A stretch of DNA of 32,000 bases, taken from positions 29,084 to 61,083 of the forward strand of contig NJBF01000026.1 of NCBI GenBank assembly GCA_003144275.1. The letters are read 5' to 3'. Below are positions 17,045 through 25,595 of this stretch, one piece after another. This DNA comes from Candidatus Heimdallarchaeota archaeon B3_Heim. Its GTDB lineage: Archaea; Asgardarchaeota; Heimdallarchaeia; Hodarchaeales; Hodarchaeaceae. The position numbers were made by a program, and so were the translations under genes. The notes beneath the pieces are model-generated. The model ran no database searches. It was not told where the DNA came from and saw nothing but the letters and a program-made list of their open reading frames with translations. Numbering within the stretch: the first letter of the stretch is position 1; the number at the start of each line of letters is the position of its first letter.

Positions 17045-17701
17045 CTAGTCAAGAGAACTAGCCTGTTCAAGAAATAATTGCGCTACAGCTCGTTCGTTCG
17101 TGTCTACGTCTGAATTGCTTTCCTTGATTACAACTAGCGCAATTCTTGCCAGTAAATCAAAATTTGGGTCTAAAATTTGCTGTAATCCAGTTTTAAGAAA
17201 TTGAGCAGAAGTCATTTCACGTTCGAATGCAGTATTTGTAATTCGATCCAACTCCGTGTAAATCACATCGGCTATTTGTGGATCAATCTTTGTTGATAAT
17301 TCTCTCCCGTCTGGAGCATTCTGCTCGAAATAAACCTCAGAGTCAATTAAGAATCGCTGAATCATACCCATGGTATCGTAAATTAAAATTGACTCTTGTT
17401 TGACTATATAATGGTCATAGAATGCTTTCCAGTAGGGTTTATGTGGGATACCTATGTAGCGTTGACGTTGGCCTTTAGGTATAGAGATATTTACAACCGC
17501 AATTGCTTGTTTCTCTACTAATCGTGCAATTGCCCCATCAATTTTCCCCCTACTCCAATTTAAACAAAGTACCAAGTCATTTACTGTTACGGGACGATCG
17601 AATTTGGAGAGTTTGCGGAGCATTTCTTGATCTGTTTCTTCAGCATTTCCTCGAGGCACGATTTTATAACACCCTTTTACGTTAGAACAGACTTTTTCCA
17701 A
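17045..17701 (-). CDS. winged-helix DNA-binding protein
   Basis: PVTVNDLVLCLNWSRGKIDGAIARLVEKQAIAVV is MarR/TrmB-like wHTH; 16 nt upstream of the polyproline gene. The start codon is uncertain. Confidence 0.65.
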   Translation of the reverse strand: MEKVCSNVKGCYKIVPRGNAEETDQEMLRKLSKFDRPVTVNDLVLCLNWSRGKIDGAIARLVEKQAIAVVNISIPKGQRQRYIGIPHKPYWKAFYDHYIVKQESILIYDTMGMIQRFLIDSEVYFEQNAPDGRELSTKIDPQIADVIYTELDRITNTAFEREMTSAQFLKTGLQQILDPNFDLLARIALVVIKESNSDVDTNERAVAQLFLEQASSLD

Positions 17702-18171
17702 ATTGAAGGATATTTCGTTCGATCATTCCTGATATTAGCATTCAGACAAGTCTAAATTTATATGGTTTTAACATCCCAATTTTCATCTTTGGAGATGCAG
17801 ATTTTCAGGTAAATTTGATATCTACTTGACTATATAACTTTATTGCTAGATTGAGGATTTAAGTCGGACATTTTGTTAAAAAAAGAGATGTTAAGCGCGC
17901 CTATTACTATATAGATGATATTCAAATCACCTCTTTCGGCCTTTTCTATCCCTTAATTTAGTTAATGAAATAATAGTCGTGTCTATAATATTTTTAATTC
18001 ATTTATAAGTATAAAAGTTCCTGTATCCTTTAAAGAAGGAAGCTAATTTTATTAGGCCTGACGATTAGCATTTGCATTTAATGAATAGAAATATTTAGAA
18101 TCACTAGTACCCTTGTCTCTTCAGTATATTATGTACTAGAAAGAGCTAGTTAACAATTGGAAGGAAAATAA

Positions 18172-20028
18172 ATGGAAACCACCCTAGATGGTTGCAAGAT
18201 TGTCCTTTTGGACTTTTTTCAGAAGAATAAATCTAAACTCCTTAAAGCACTCAAATCTGACGAAGTTCAGACCTTTCTCGAGCCATTAAGCGATATGACC
18301 ATAATATTTTCAGATATACAAAAGATCACTGAGTTAAAAAAATATCTTAAAACTCTAGAAATACCAGAAGACGATTTAAAAGACATTTTACAATTCTTTG
18401 ATCGTCCTTTTCAATCCTCATTCTCTTGGGGATTCCAGGATAAAGAATTCGTGTTCATACGCCTGGAAGAAACAACTAAATTGTTTCTTAAGAAAAATCG
18501 TAAGGGTTTAACAGGATTGATTATTCATGAAGTGTTACATGGTGTACAACGCCAGCGAGGCTTAGAAATTCGTTTACACGACTCATTAGACTTCAGCTTG
18601 GATTTCTTTACACAACTGGCTGAGATAATTCCTCCAGAAAAATACAATCGCACACAAATAATGTCATTTCTGAAACAAATATCCCAACTTGCTTTATTTG
18701 CGTTAAAAGACATATTTGTTAATGTTGAATTAATTAAGCGAGGAATGGCTGAGTGGTTAATAATTTTCTATCGTGATGAGCTGGGATTTGGTGAAGATCT
18801 TGAAATTAAGCCTCCCCAGTACGAAACTGAATTCGAAAAAGGCGTCGTTAAGGTAAAGGATTTGGATTCATTTGCTACAGCGTTTACATATACGTTATCA
18901 CTTATCCCAATTTGGTTACCTTTCATGGTTTTGGAAACTGACTCAAAGGACTATAAACCGTCCCGTGAGTTGAAACATTTAATTTTTGATAAGTATTACG
19001 TTAATCCTTCATTCATTACACGGGAGATGTGGCATATAGAGAACATATTTCTGGCCAGCTTCTCCTTTTCCAAGAGTTTTCATCGTAAGTGGTATGGTGC
19101 AATCTTTAACTTAGCTCTTGAACATCTGCTTGGCGAAGATTTTCTGTTTTATCATCTCTTCAAGGCTACTGAGCTCTTAGAAGAGCTTTATACAACCCAA
19201 GAATCTGAAGAAAGAAAATCTATGGCCATGGTTCCAATTTTGAAAGCTGCGTATGTCTATAGACGAGAACAACTCGTAGGTATCCAAAAAAGGAACATTG
19301 AAGAATTAAACTCTAAGATGCAACAATATGAAATAGGGGAGGAGGAAATTATAGAGCTTGAAGAAAGTATTGATGATTCTTCTGAACATACTACTTCTCC
19401 AGAGCATATGTTTGAAAACCTCATGAAACTTTCAATTATGATTGTAACTCGAGATTTACGAGTAAATGTGTTTTCTGGTGAAAATTTTAAATTTAAGATC
19501 TTTAGTCGCACGATACTCTCTCTTCTCCAAGCGATTAATTATTTAGAAGATGAATGTGACGATCAATATTATCATACAGTTCGCTTAGGTGTGAAACGAC
19601 TTCTCCGAACAGATAATCTGTTTAAGCGTAAAAGATGGGCATTATTACTCGAGAATTTTGCTCAAAATACGATTTTTCAGGGAGAAACTGAACCCTCACA
19701 ACTAGAAATTGATGAATTAATTTATAATTATGACTTTTTTGAAATTCCATTGACTAATCTCTTCATCAACCTTGGAGTATCTTTTATTCAGAATATAAAA
19801 ACAGTCATGAAAACAGTCCCTGTAAATGATGATGAATTTCCTTTTTTAACGGCTCAACTTATCAATATTCAAATTGGAGGGATTGAACTTCCAATAGAAG
19901 ATGAAGAACATCTGAACTTGATGTATGTAAGCAGTCTTATTGCTACTAAAGGGATTCCATATCGAATGATTCAAATCATGCTTACAGCTTTTCTACAAAC
20001 TAGAGTCCCAAAGGAAGAAACAGATTAG
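18172..20028 (+). CDS. hypothetical cytoplasmic protein with a zincin-like HExxH motif
   Basis: 618 aa, helical; LIIHEVLHG followed by KDIFVN (candidate third metal ligand). Confidence 0.6.
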   Translation: METTLDGCKIVLLDFFQKNKSKLLKALKSDEVQTFLEPLSDMTIIFSDIQKITELKKYLKTLEIPEDDLKDILQFFDRPFQSSFSWGFQDKEFVFIRLEETTKLFLKKNRKGLTGLIIHEVLHGVQRQRGLEIRLHDSLDFSLDFFTQLAEIIPPEKYNRTQIMSFLKQISQLALFALKDIFVNVELIKRGMAEWLIIFYRDELGFGEDLEIKPPQYETEFEKGVVKVKDLDSFATAFTYTLSLIPIWLPFMVLETDSKDYKPSRELKHLIFDKYYVNPSFITREMWHIENIFLASFSFSKSFHRKWYGAIFNLALEHLLGEDFLFYHLFKATELLEELYTTQESEERKSMAMVPILKAAYVYRREQLVGIQKRNIEELNSKMQQYEIGEEEIIELEESIDDSSEHTTSPEHMFENLMKLSIMIVTRDLRVNVFSGENFKFKIFSRTILSLLQAINYLEDECDDQYYHTVRLGVKRLLRTDNLFKRKRWALLLENFAQNTIFQGETEPSQLEIDELIYNYDFFEIPLTNLFINLGVSFIQNIKTVMKTVPVNDDEFPFLTAQLINIQIGGIELPIEDEEHLNLMYVSSLIATKGIPYRMIQIMLTAFLQTRVPKEETD

Positions 20029-20141
20029 TTCGAAGACCCATAAATCATCAGATTGATTTCAATTTGTAAGGGATCCTCTTGAAAAGATAATAGTATTTTA
20101 TTGAAATTCATTCCAAAAGTATGCAAAAGAAAGGGAGAAAG

Positions 20142-20308
20142 CGGCACCAGCAGGAGTTTCAGTCAAAAACTAAATGTTCTTAACCTTTGAACCTGCGACC
20201 ACTCGGTGTCTGTGTCTCTTTCTCAATGAAAGATGTCAATTAACAGCCGAACGCTCTACCTCTTCAGAGATAAAGACTGAATCTCTATCCTAACTGAGCT
20301 ATGATGCC
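20142..20308 (-). tRNA. tRNA-Asn(GTT) with three introns
   Basis: Removing 20262-20291 (30 nt, D-loop), 20207-20240 (34 nt, 37/38) and 20156-20184 (29 nt, 59/60) gives a 74-nt cloverleaf with acceptor GGCATCA/TGGTGCC, G73 and T-loop TTCAAAT. Each intron has a BHB-like motif. Confidence 0.92.
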
Positions 20309-20324
20309 TACTCTACTAAGAATG

Positions 20325-20430
20325 TGGGCCTGGGGGGATTTGAACCCACGAACCATCCGGTTATGAGCCGGACGCTCTAACCATTTCAGAGGGTTATGAG
20401 GTTATATGCCCTAAACTGAGCTACAGGCCC
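20325..20430 (-). tRNA. tRNA with CAT anticodon, probably tRNA-Ile2, with one D-loop intron
   Basis: Acceptor GGGCCTG/CAGGCCC, anticodon arm TCCGG-CTCATAA-CCGGA; 30-nt intron at 20384-20413. Ile2 rather than Met is inferred from the GGGCC acceptor and anticodon stem. Confidence 0.85.
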
Positions 20431-20489
20431 AATAGATGTTATACGGTAGTGTTACTTCGTTATTTAAGTGACTTCAGATAATCTGAAAT

Positions 20490-21041
20490 TTATGTGTTTA
20501 TGACGTAAAGTCCATCCTGGAAGACAGTTGGATCTTTACTTCGTCGTCCTCGTAATCGTGAAGATTCAGCTAAGCGTGCTGCAACTTGTGAAACCTTTTC
20601 TTTATCGATTCCAGTTAGAGTTACGATATCCGCTTTGACTTTGATATCAACAGAAGGATCATACGGAACCTTAATAGGATCTCTTCTTCCATAGAGATTC
20701 TTTATGAGGATTACAGATTTTTGGACTTCTACAGTAGCAGGAAAATGAGAAGTAATGACTTGAACCTGATACGTGTACAATTCATTTACGCCTTTGATCA
20801 TATTATTTAAATGGCCCGCGATGGTTCCTACCAAAGCTGCCTCTCTTTTCTTACCAAAGTGACTGCTAATAACAAATTTATTATCATCGTAAGAAATTTT
20901 GACACTTATTCTAGTAAAAGATTTCTCTATATTTCCTTTGGGTCCTTCTATTTTAACTGTGAATCCCCCACGAATTTGTTTCATATCAACCTTGATATTT
21001 TTAGGGACTTCAACGGTTTTTTCAATAACAAAGTGTGTCAT
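20490..21041 (-). CDS. rpl6: 50S ribosomal protein uL6
   Basis: VKIEGPKG, IAGHLNNMIKGV, SHFP, KDPTVFQDGLY (archaeal type). Confidence 0.95.
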   Translation of the reverse strand: MTHFVIEKTVEVPKNIKVDMKQIRGGFTVKIEGPKGNIEKSFTRISVKISYDDNKFVISSHFGKKREAALVGTIAGHLNNMIKGVNELYTYQVQVITSHFPATVEVQKSVILIKNLYGRRDPIKVPYDPSVDIKVKADIVTLTGIDKEKVSQVAARLAESSRLRGRRSKDPTVFQDGLYVINT

Positions 21042-21060
21042 CGGTATTTTCTCTCCTTAA

Positions 21061-21447
21061 TTAAAATACGTAAGCTAATAATCGTCCACCAAGATTTTTC
21101 TCTCCAGCTTCGTGATGGGACATGACTCCTTCGGAAGTAGAAACTACAAGAATTCCCATATCTCGTGCAGGAAGGAATCTTTTCTCCCATTCTACATAGT
21201 CTTGCACTTTAACTGGATATCTTGGTTTTATAACACCAATTTTGGTAATTCGGCCTAAGAGCTGAACAGAGATAATCCATAAATCTTCCATAACTTCGAA
21301 TTCGCCAATGGTTCCATATTTTTGGATCACACGCAGAACATTTGCAATGATTCTGCTCGCAGGTCTAATTGTAACTTCTTTACGACCAAGAATTTCTGCG
21401 TTTGCTATTGTGGACATCGCATTAGCTAAGGGGTCATGCATAACCAT
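21061..21447 (-). CDS. rps8: 30S ribosomal protein uS8
   Basis: [62 protein letters not shown]. Confidence 0.96.
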   Translation of the reverse strand: MVMHDPLANAMSTIANAEILGRKEVTIRPASRIIANVLRVIQKYGTIGEFEVMEDLWIISVQLLGRITKIGVIKPRYPVKVQDYVEWEKRFLPARDMGILVVSTSEGVMSHHEAGEKNLGGRLLAYVF

Positions 21448-21664
21448 AATTTTCTTCTCTTTTGTGGTTTATTCAAATGAAAATGGCTAGTAAAGCCGAA
21501 TTAAATGAGTAGAAAGGCCGACATTGCCTTACCATCCATCTATACCGTCCATGAACCCACTTGTTAAAGGTTATCGTGGAGTAAGCAGTTTTCATTTTGT
21601 AGTGGTGCATTGCCTGAGCTTTTTTCTTCGACACAGGGGAATTTTAATCAATAGAAAATGAGGA

Positions 21665-22180
21665 TTACTTTTGTTTTCTTTTAATTTTGGCAATTGAACC
21701 AATTGTTGTAGCTCGGGGTATTATATCATCCACGCTGGAGCTTTCTTCAGATATATCGGTTTTAAGCTCTATGTCGAGTTCTCGCTCAATCTTGGAAACT
21801 ACTCTATCAGTAGGTATCACTTTTTCCGCTTCAATTCGGGCTAATAATGTCTCTTTTTCCTTAATTAATCCTGCAAATTGAGCGCGCCCATAACCATGCT
21901 CTTTACGAGCTTCTTGGATCAAGTGACCATAGCCATCAACAAGAATTTTATCATGTAGGAAGTCCTTCTTCGGAGGTATTCTTGTCACAGGTTTTGTTTT
22001 AGCCTTGGATTGAACTTGATGTTTCTTGTACCTTGGTCGTTGGTCAGGTTTTGGACGTTTTACTACAGGTTTTCCAAATTTCGCGCATTTTGAGCATGCA
22101 TAAAGCTCTACATGATCGATTTCAACAAGTGTAATAAAACCTTCAGACCCACACATTTCACACTGCTGTATTTTACTCAA
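21665..22180 (-). CDS. mbf1: archaeal multiprotein bridging factor aMBF1
   Basis: N-terminal CEMCG...CSKC Zn ribbon and C-terminal XRE-type HTH (IQEARKEHG...LLARIEAEKVIPTDRVVSKIERELDIEL); adjacent to pan. Confidence 0.9.
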   Translation of the reverse strand: MSKIQQCEMCGSEGFITLVEIDHVELYACSKCAKFGKPVVKRPKPDQRPRYKKHQVQSKAKTKPVTRIPPKKDFLHDKILVDGYGHLIQEARKEHGYGRAQFAGLIKEKETLLARIEAEKVIPTDRVVSKIERELDIELKTDISEESSSVDDIIPRATTIGSIAKIKRKQK

Positions 22181-22605
22181 AAATAATACTTCCTCAACAT
22201 ATAAAACTAATTCCAGTATTCATTATAACATCTTAGATAAAAATATTAAAATCCAACGAAGTGGGTATTTCTTAATTTATCAGTAAATCGGCATTCATTT
22301 CCGATTGTGTTATCATTCCGCCTTGAGACTGATTTCCTCCTAGTTCTGAATCATTTAGCGAGCTGAGAGAATATTTTTTTTTATAAATATATGTAATAAC
22401 CCCTTTCATCAAAAACTACAATTAAACATCAAGAAAAGTAATCACCTTATGCAACCAGTATGAAAAGAAAAATAAAGGATGATTAAGTCTGTAGCTATCA
22501 GTGGAAAAAACCTCTTTCAATCCTTTGGGTCGAGCAATTATATGCTTTATAACTTTAGGAAGGATTTGAAGGAGTTTGCTTTCAATCACTAAAGTAGGTA
22601 TTATT

Positions 22606-23799
22606 ATGCCAGAAAGTGTGGATGACAAAAAAGCCACGTTCGATGAGTTCACTGATTCTTATACTCGTACAATGGAACGTCGGATACGTACACTGGAAAC
22701 GGAGAAACAATTACTAGAAGTTCAACGAAATAAGTTAGAAGAGGATCGGGATAACTTAAGACTCGAACTACAAAAACTGAAACAACCTCCTCTGTTTACA
22801 GGCACATTGTTAGAAGTTCTAGAGAATGGAAAAGCTATCGTGAAGAGTTCTACTGGGCCTTCATTCGTTGTTGTTATTGATTCGACCATTCCGAAGGACA
22901 TACTTGTTCCTAATAGTCGAGTTGCTCTTCACCAGAGAAACTTTGCTATACTGGAAATTCTTCCCCAGAGCACAGATCCCCTTGTACGTAGCATGGAGAT
23001 TGATATAAAACCATCTGAAACCTATGAGGATATTGGTGGGTTACGAGATCAATTGTTAGACCTTCGCGAAACGGTCGAGCTTCCTCTTTTACAACCCGAA
23101 CTTTTTGAAAAGGTAGGAATTGAACCACCTAAAGGTGTTTTGCTGCATGGCCCTCCAGGTTCAGGAAAAACTCTCATGGTGAAAGCCGTTGCTCATGAAA
23201 CACAAGCCACTTTCATTCGAGTCATTGGTTCCGAGCTGGTCCAGAAATACATCGGTGAAGGCGCACGATTAGTCCGTGAAGTGTTTGCTTATGCCCGTGA
23301 TAATTCCCCAAGTATCCTATTCATTGATGAATTAGATGCTATCGGAAGTAAGCGGCTTGATATTGCCACAAGCGGTGATCGTGAAGTTCAAAGGACATTA
23401 ATGCAATTATTAAGTGAGTTAGATGGTTTTTCCCCACGTGGAGATGTGAAGATCATTGGAGCGACTAATCGTGTGGATATACTTGATCCAGCATTGATGC
23501 GACCTGGACGATTTGATAGACATATTGAGGTTCCCTTACCAAATCTCGAAGAGAGATTCGAGATTCTCAAAATTCATTCAAGAAGTATGAATATTGAGAA
23601 AAATGTTGATTTGAATTTAGTTGCCACTCAAATGGTTGAAGCGTCTGGTGCAGATATTCGTGCCATAACTCAAGAAGCAGGCATGTTTGCTATACGAGAA
23701 AGAGTGACAATTGTAAAGTCAAAACACTTCCTTTCTGCAATCGATAAAGTGATATCCAAGAAGAAGGAAACTCTGTCTGGCAAGAATGAATATACTTGA
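22606..23799 (+). CDS. pan: proteasome-activating nucleotidase
   Basis: N-terminal coiled coil, KQPPL + OB fold, [45 protein letters not shown]. Start placed at ATG 22606. Confidence 0.95.
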   Translation: MPESVDDKKATFDEFTDSYTRTMERRIRTLETEKQLLEVQRNKLEEDRDNLRLELQKLKQPPLFTGTLLEVLENGKAIVKSSTGPSFVVVIDSTIPKDILVPNSRVALHQRNFAILEILPQSTDPLVRSMEIDIKPSETYEDIGGLRDQLLDLRETVELPLLQPELFEKVGIEPPKGVLLHGPPGSGKTLMVKAVAHETQATFIRVIGSELVQKYIGEGARLVREVFAYARDNSPSILFIDELDAIGSKRLDIATSGDREVQRTLMQLLSELDGFSPRGDVKIIGATNRVDILDPALMRPGRFDRHIEVPLPNLEERFEILKIHSRSMNIEKNVDLNLVATQMVEASGADIRAITQEAGMFAIRERVTIVKSKHFLSAIDKVISKKKETLSGKNEYT

Positions 23800-23808
23800 A
23801 TTTCGCCA

Positions 23809-24300
23809 TTAATTTGGAGAGGGAGAACTATCCATTTTTCGAGGCTGTACTATTTTGTCCCAAGCAGAATAACACATATCTAATATGGATTTAAAAGCAA
23901 TAATTGCCGTTTCTTCCTCCTCTCGCGGATGATGTAGTTTATCGGGGTTTAAGCTCTCCATCAAACAAGCTACATAGGTATCAATCGAGATTAAATTTTG
24001 TATCCAAAAAAATAGTACGAGAGCTTCGACTAGATCGGCGACTTGGCCTTTCTTTCCTTTTAACTTTAAGTAATCAGTTTTTATCCAGAGAGATGACCGA
24101 TAGGCATGTGATAAAATTAAATCAGAAACTTTAGTGCCTGTAGTAGAATTCGTTACTCCGCTCTTTGCCAAAGAATAAATGAAATTTACGAATGAATCGC
24201 CTAATTTTGCATTCCCCTTCGCAAAAATGAAATCTCGGATAATTTTTTGAGGATCCCCCCCCTCTAAAGAAGTTTTTAATCGTTCCTGAATGAAAGACAC
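23809..24300 (-). CDS. archaeal RNase III-like domain protein
   Basis: AKLGDSFVNFIYSLA and ADLVEAL motifs; directly downstream of rpoL. Confidence 0.75.
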   Translation of the reverse strand: MSFIQERLKTSLEGGDPQKIIRDFIFAKGNAKLGDSFVNFIYSLAKSGVTNSTTGTKVSDLILSHAYRSSLWIKTDYLKLKGKKGQVADLVEALVLFFWIQNLISIDTYVACLMESLNPDKLHHPREEEETAIIAFKSILDMCYSAWDKIVQPRKMDSSPSPN

Positions 24301-24337
24301 ACTTAAACCCGAATCCCGATGGATTCATAACAATTTT

Positions 24338-24649
24338 CTAAGTAATGCTAGATGTAACAAGATCAGTCAGGTCTTCACAATGTTTGTTAATTGTGTCAGC
24401 CGCGATCTTTAGGGCATCAATGGGGTTAATGCCCTCTGTACGGAGATAGAAAATCGGGTTCTCAAGAAGGGGGTGGGGAAATCTATACGCTGCGAAAAGA
24501 ACTCCCTCTTGATCCTTTAATGATTCTCTAAGTAGGTTTAAAAATGTATGATTTTCACCTGCTATCTCAACTTCCAGTAAAGATTCTTCTTTTCGTACAA
24601 TTTTTGCTTGCAACTGAATATTTCTCTCCAAACGTAAGTGATTTATCAA
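24338..24649 (-). CDS. rpoL: DNA-directed RNA polymerase subunit L (Rpo11)
   Basis: EIAGENHTFLNLLR, FAAYRFPHPL. The start codon is uncertain. Confidence 0.93.
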   Translation of the reverse strand: MINHLRLERNIQLQAKIVRKEESLLEVEIAGENHTFLNLLRESLKDQEGVLFAAYRFPHPLLENPIFYLRTEGINPIDALKIAADTINKHCEDLTDLVTSSIT

Positions 24650-24950
24650 TGAATGCTTTCTAACATTAGTTCAAATACTTTCTTTTCCACTAAGGAGTTA
24701 TTGAAGTTAATTGATTCACTCTCCCTTGACTTAAAAATGGAGGAACACTCTCTCCAACTTAATTATACTGCCAGTTAGTGGGACCAAAAAACTGAAATGA
24801 ATCAGGATAAGACATTAATCGGCCAGGTCCTTATTCGTGACTTGTTTTGCGTTCTCAATCAAGAGGTACTTTGGATTGAGATTACTAATCCCTTCCCATG
24901 AAAGATACGAAAGTTAATTAGAAAGGGATAAGAAAGAATATACGACCTGA

Positions 24951-25067
24951 GTCGGGATATCCAAGCCTGGTAATCAGCCATGAGGGCCATACTGGACTAG
25001 AATGGAGCCAGCCTGCTAAGTTGGTGTTCTTTTGAACTCGGGGGTTCAAATCCCCCTCCCGACGCCA
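24951..25067 (+). tRNA. tRNA-Ser(GCT) with a D-loop intron and encoded CCA
   Basis: Acceptor GTCGGGA/TCCCGAC, G73-CCA, anticodon arm CCAGC-CTGCTAA-GTTGG, long variable arm; intron about 24974-25002 (3' boundary +/-1 nt). Confidence 0.9.
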
Positions 25068-25362
25068 TTTATTCTTTTAAATTCTTGAATACATTCGGTT
25101 ATAATTGTTTTCTAACTGTAGTACGTGAAGATTTTCTCTCCATATTCAACTTTAAAGATGAACTATTGATTTCCTTGCAATAACATTGAAGATCAGAATT
25201 CTCCACAAATCGTGAAATTTGGGAAAAATAACAATCATTTAGTGTGGCTATTAACACCACAGAAAAAGTTTCAAAAATTCTTAACTTTAGAAAAATATAA
25301 GCAACATGGGGAATAAATAGAAATTTCCACCAATTTGGTGAATTAATAGCTAGAAGAGGGAG

Positions 25363-25473
25363 GGCCGGTGCGGGGAATCGAACCCCGACATGGTGGGCCA
25401 CAACCACCGATTATAGTGATCTAGATACCAGAATAGGGATCTCTATCAAGACTACCATTATCCTACACCGGCC
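25363..25473 (-). tRNA. tRNA-His(GTG) with encoded G-1 and a 39-nt intron at 24/25
   Basis: Acceptor GCCGGTG/CACCGGC, C73, anticodon arm GGTGG-TTGTGGC-CCACC; intron 25411-25449 with BHB GTAG/CTAT, bulges TCT and AAT, inner helix TGAT/ATCA. Confidence 0.9.
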
Positions 25474-25595
25474 TGTGCGTTGGATTTAATTGTTGGTCGT
25501 ATTTGTGCTCTATTTTCGCTTTTTTCTTTATAAAGAATTCTTCATTGATAATCCATTTATGATTTATCCTCAATAATTCTGAGTCTTGGGAATTT

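Noticed and set aside
20325-20360. tRNA(CAT) as a pseudogene because of a T-stem U-C mismatch and 6-nt variable loop
   Set aside because: All other arms, the T-loop and the intron BHB are intact; the deviations are minor.
25099-25407. 102-aa minus-strand ORF
   Set aside because: It starts inside tRNA-His and has no protein-like motif.
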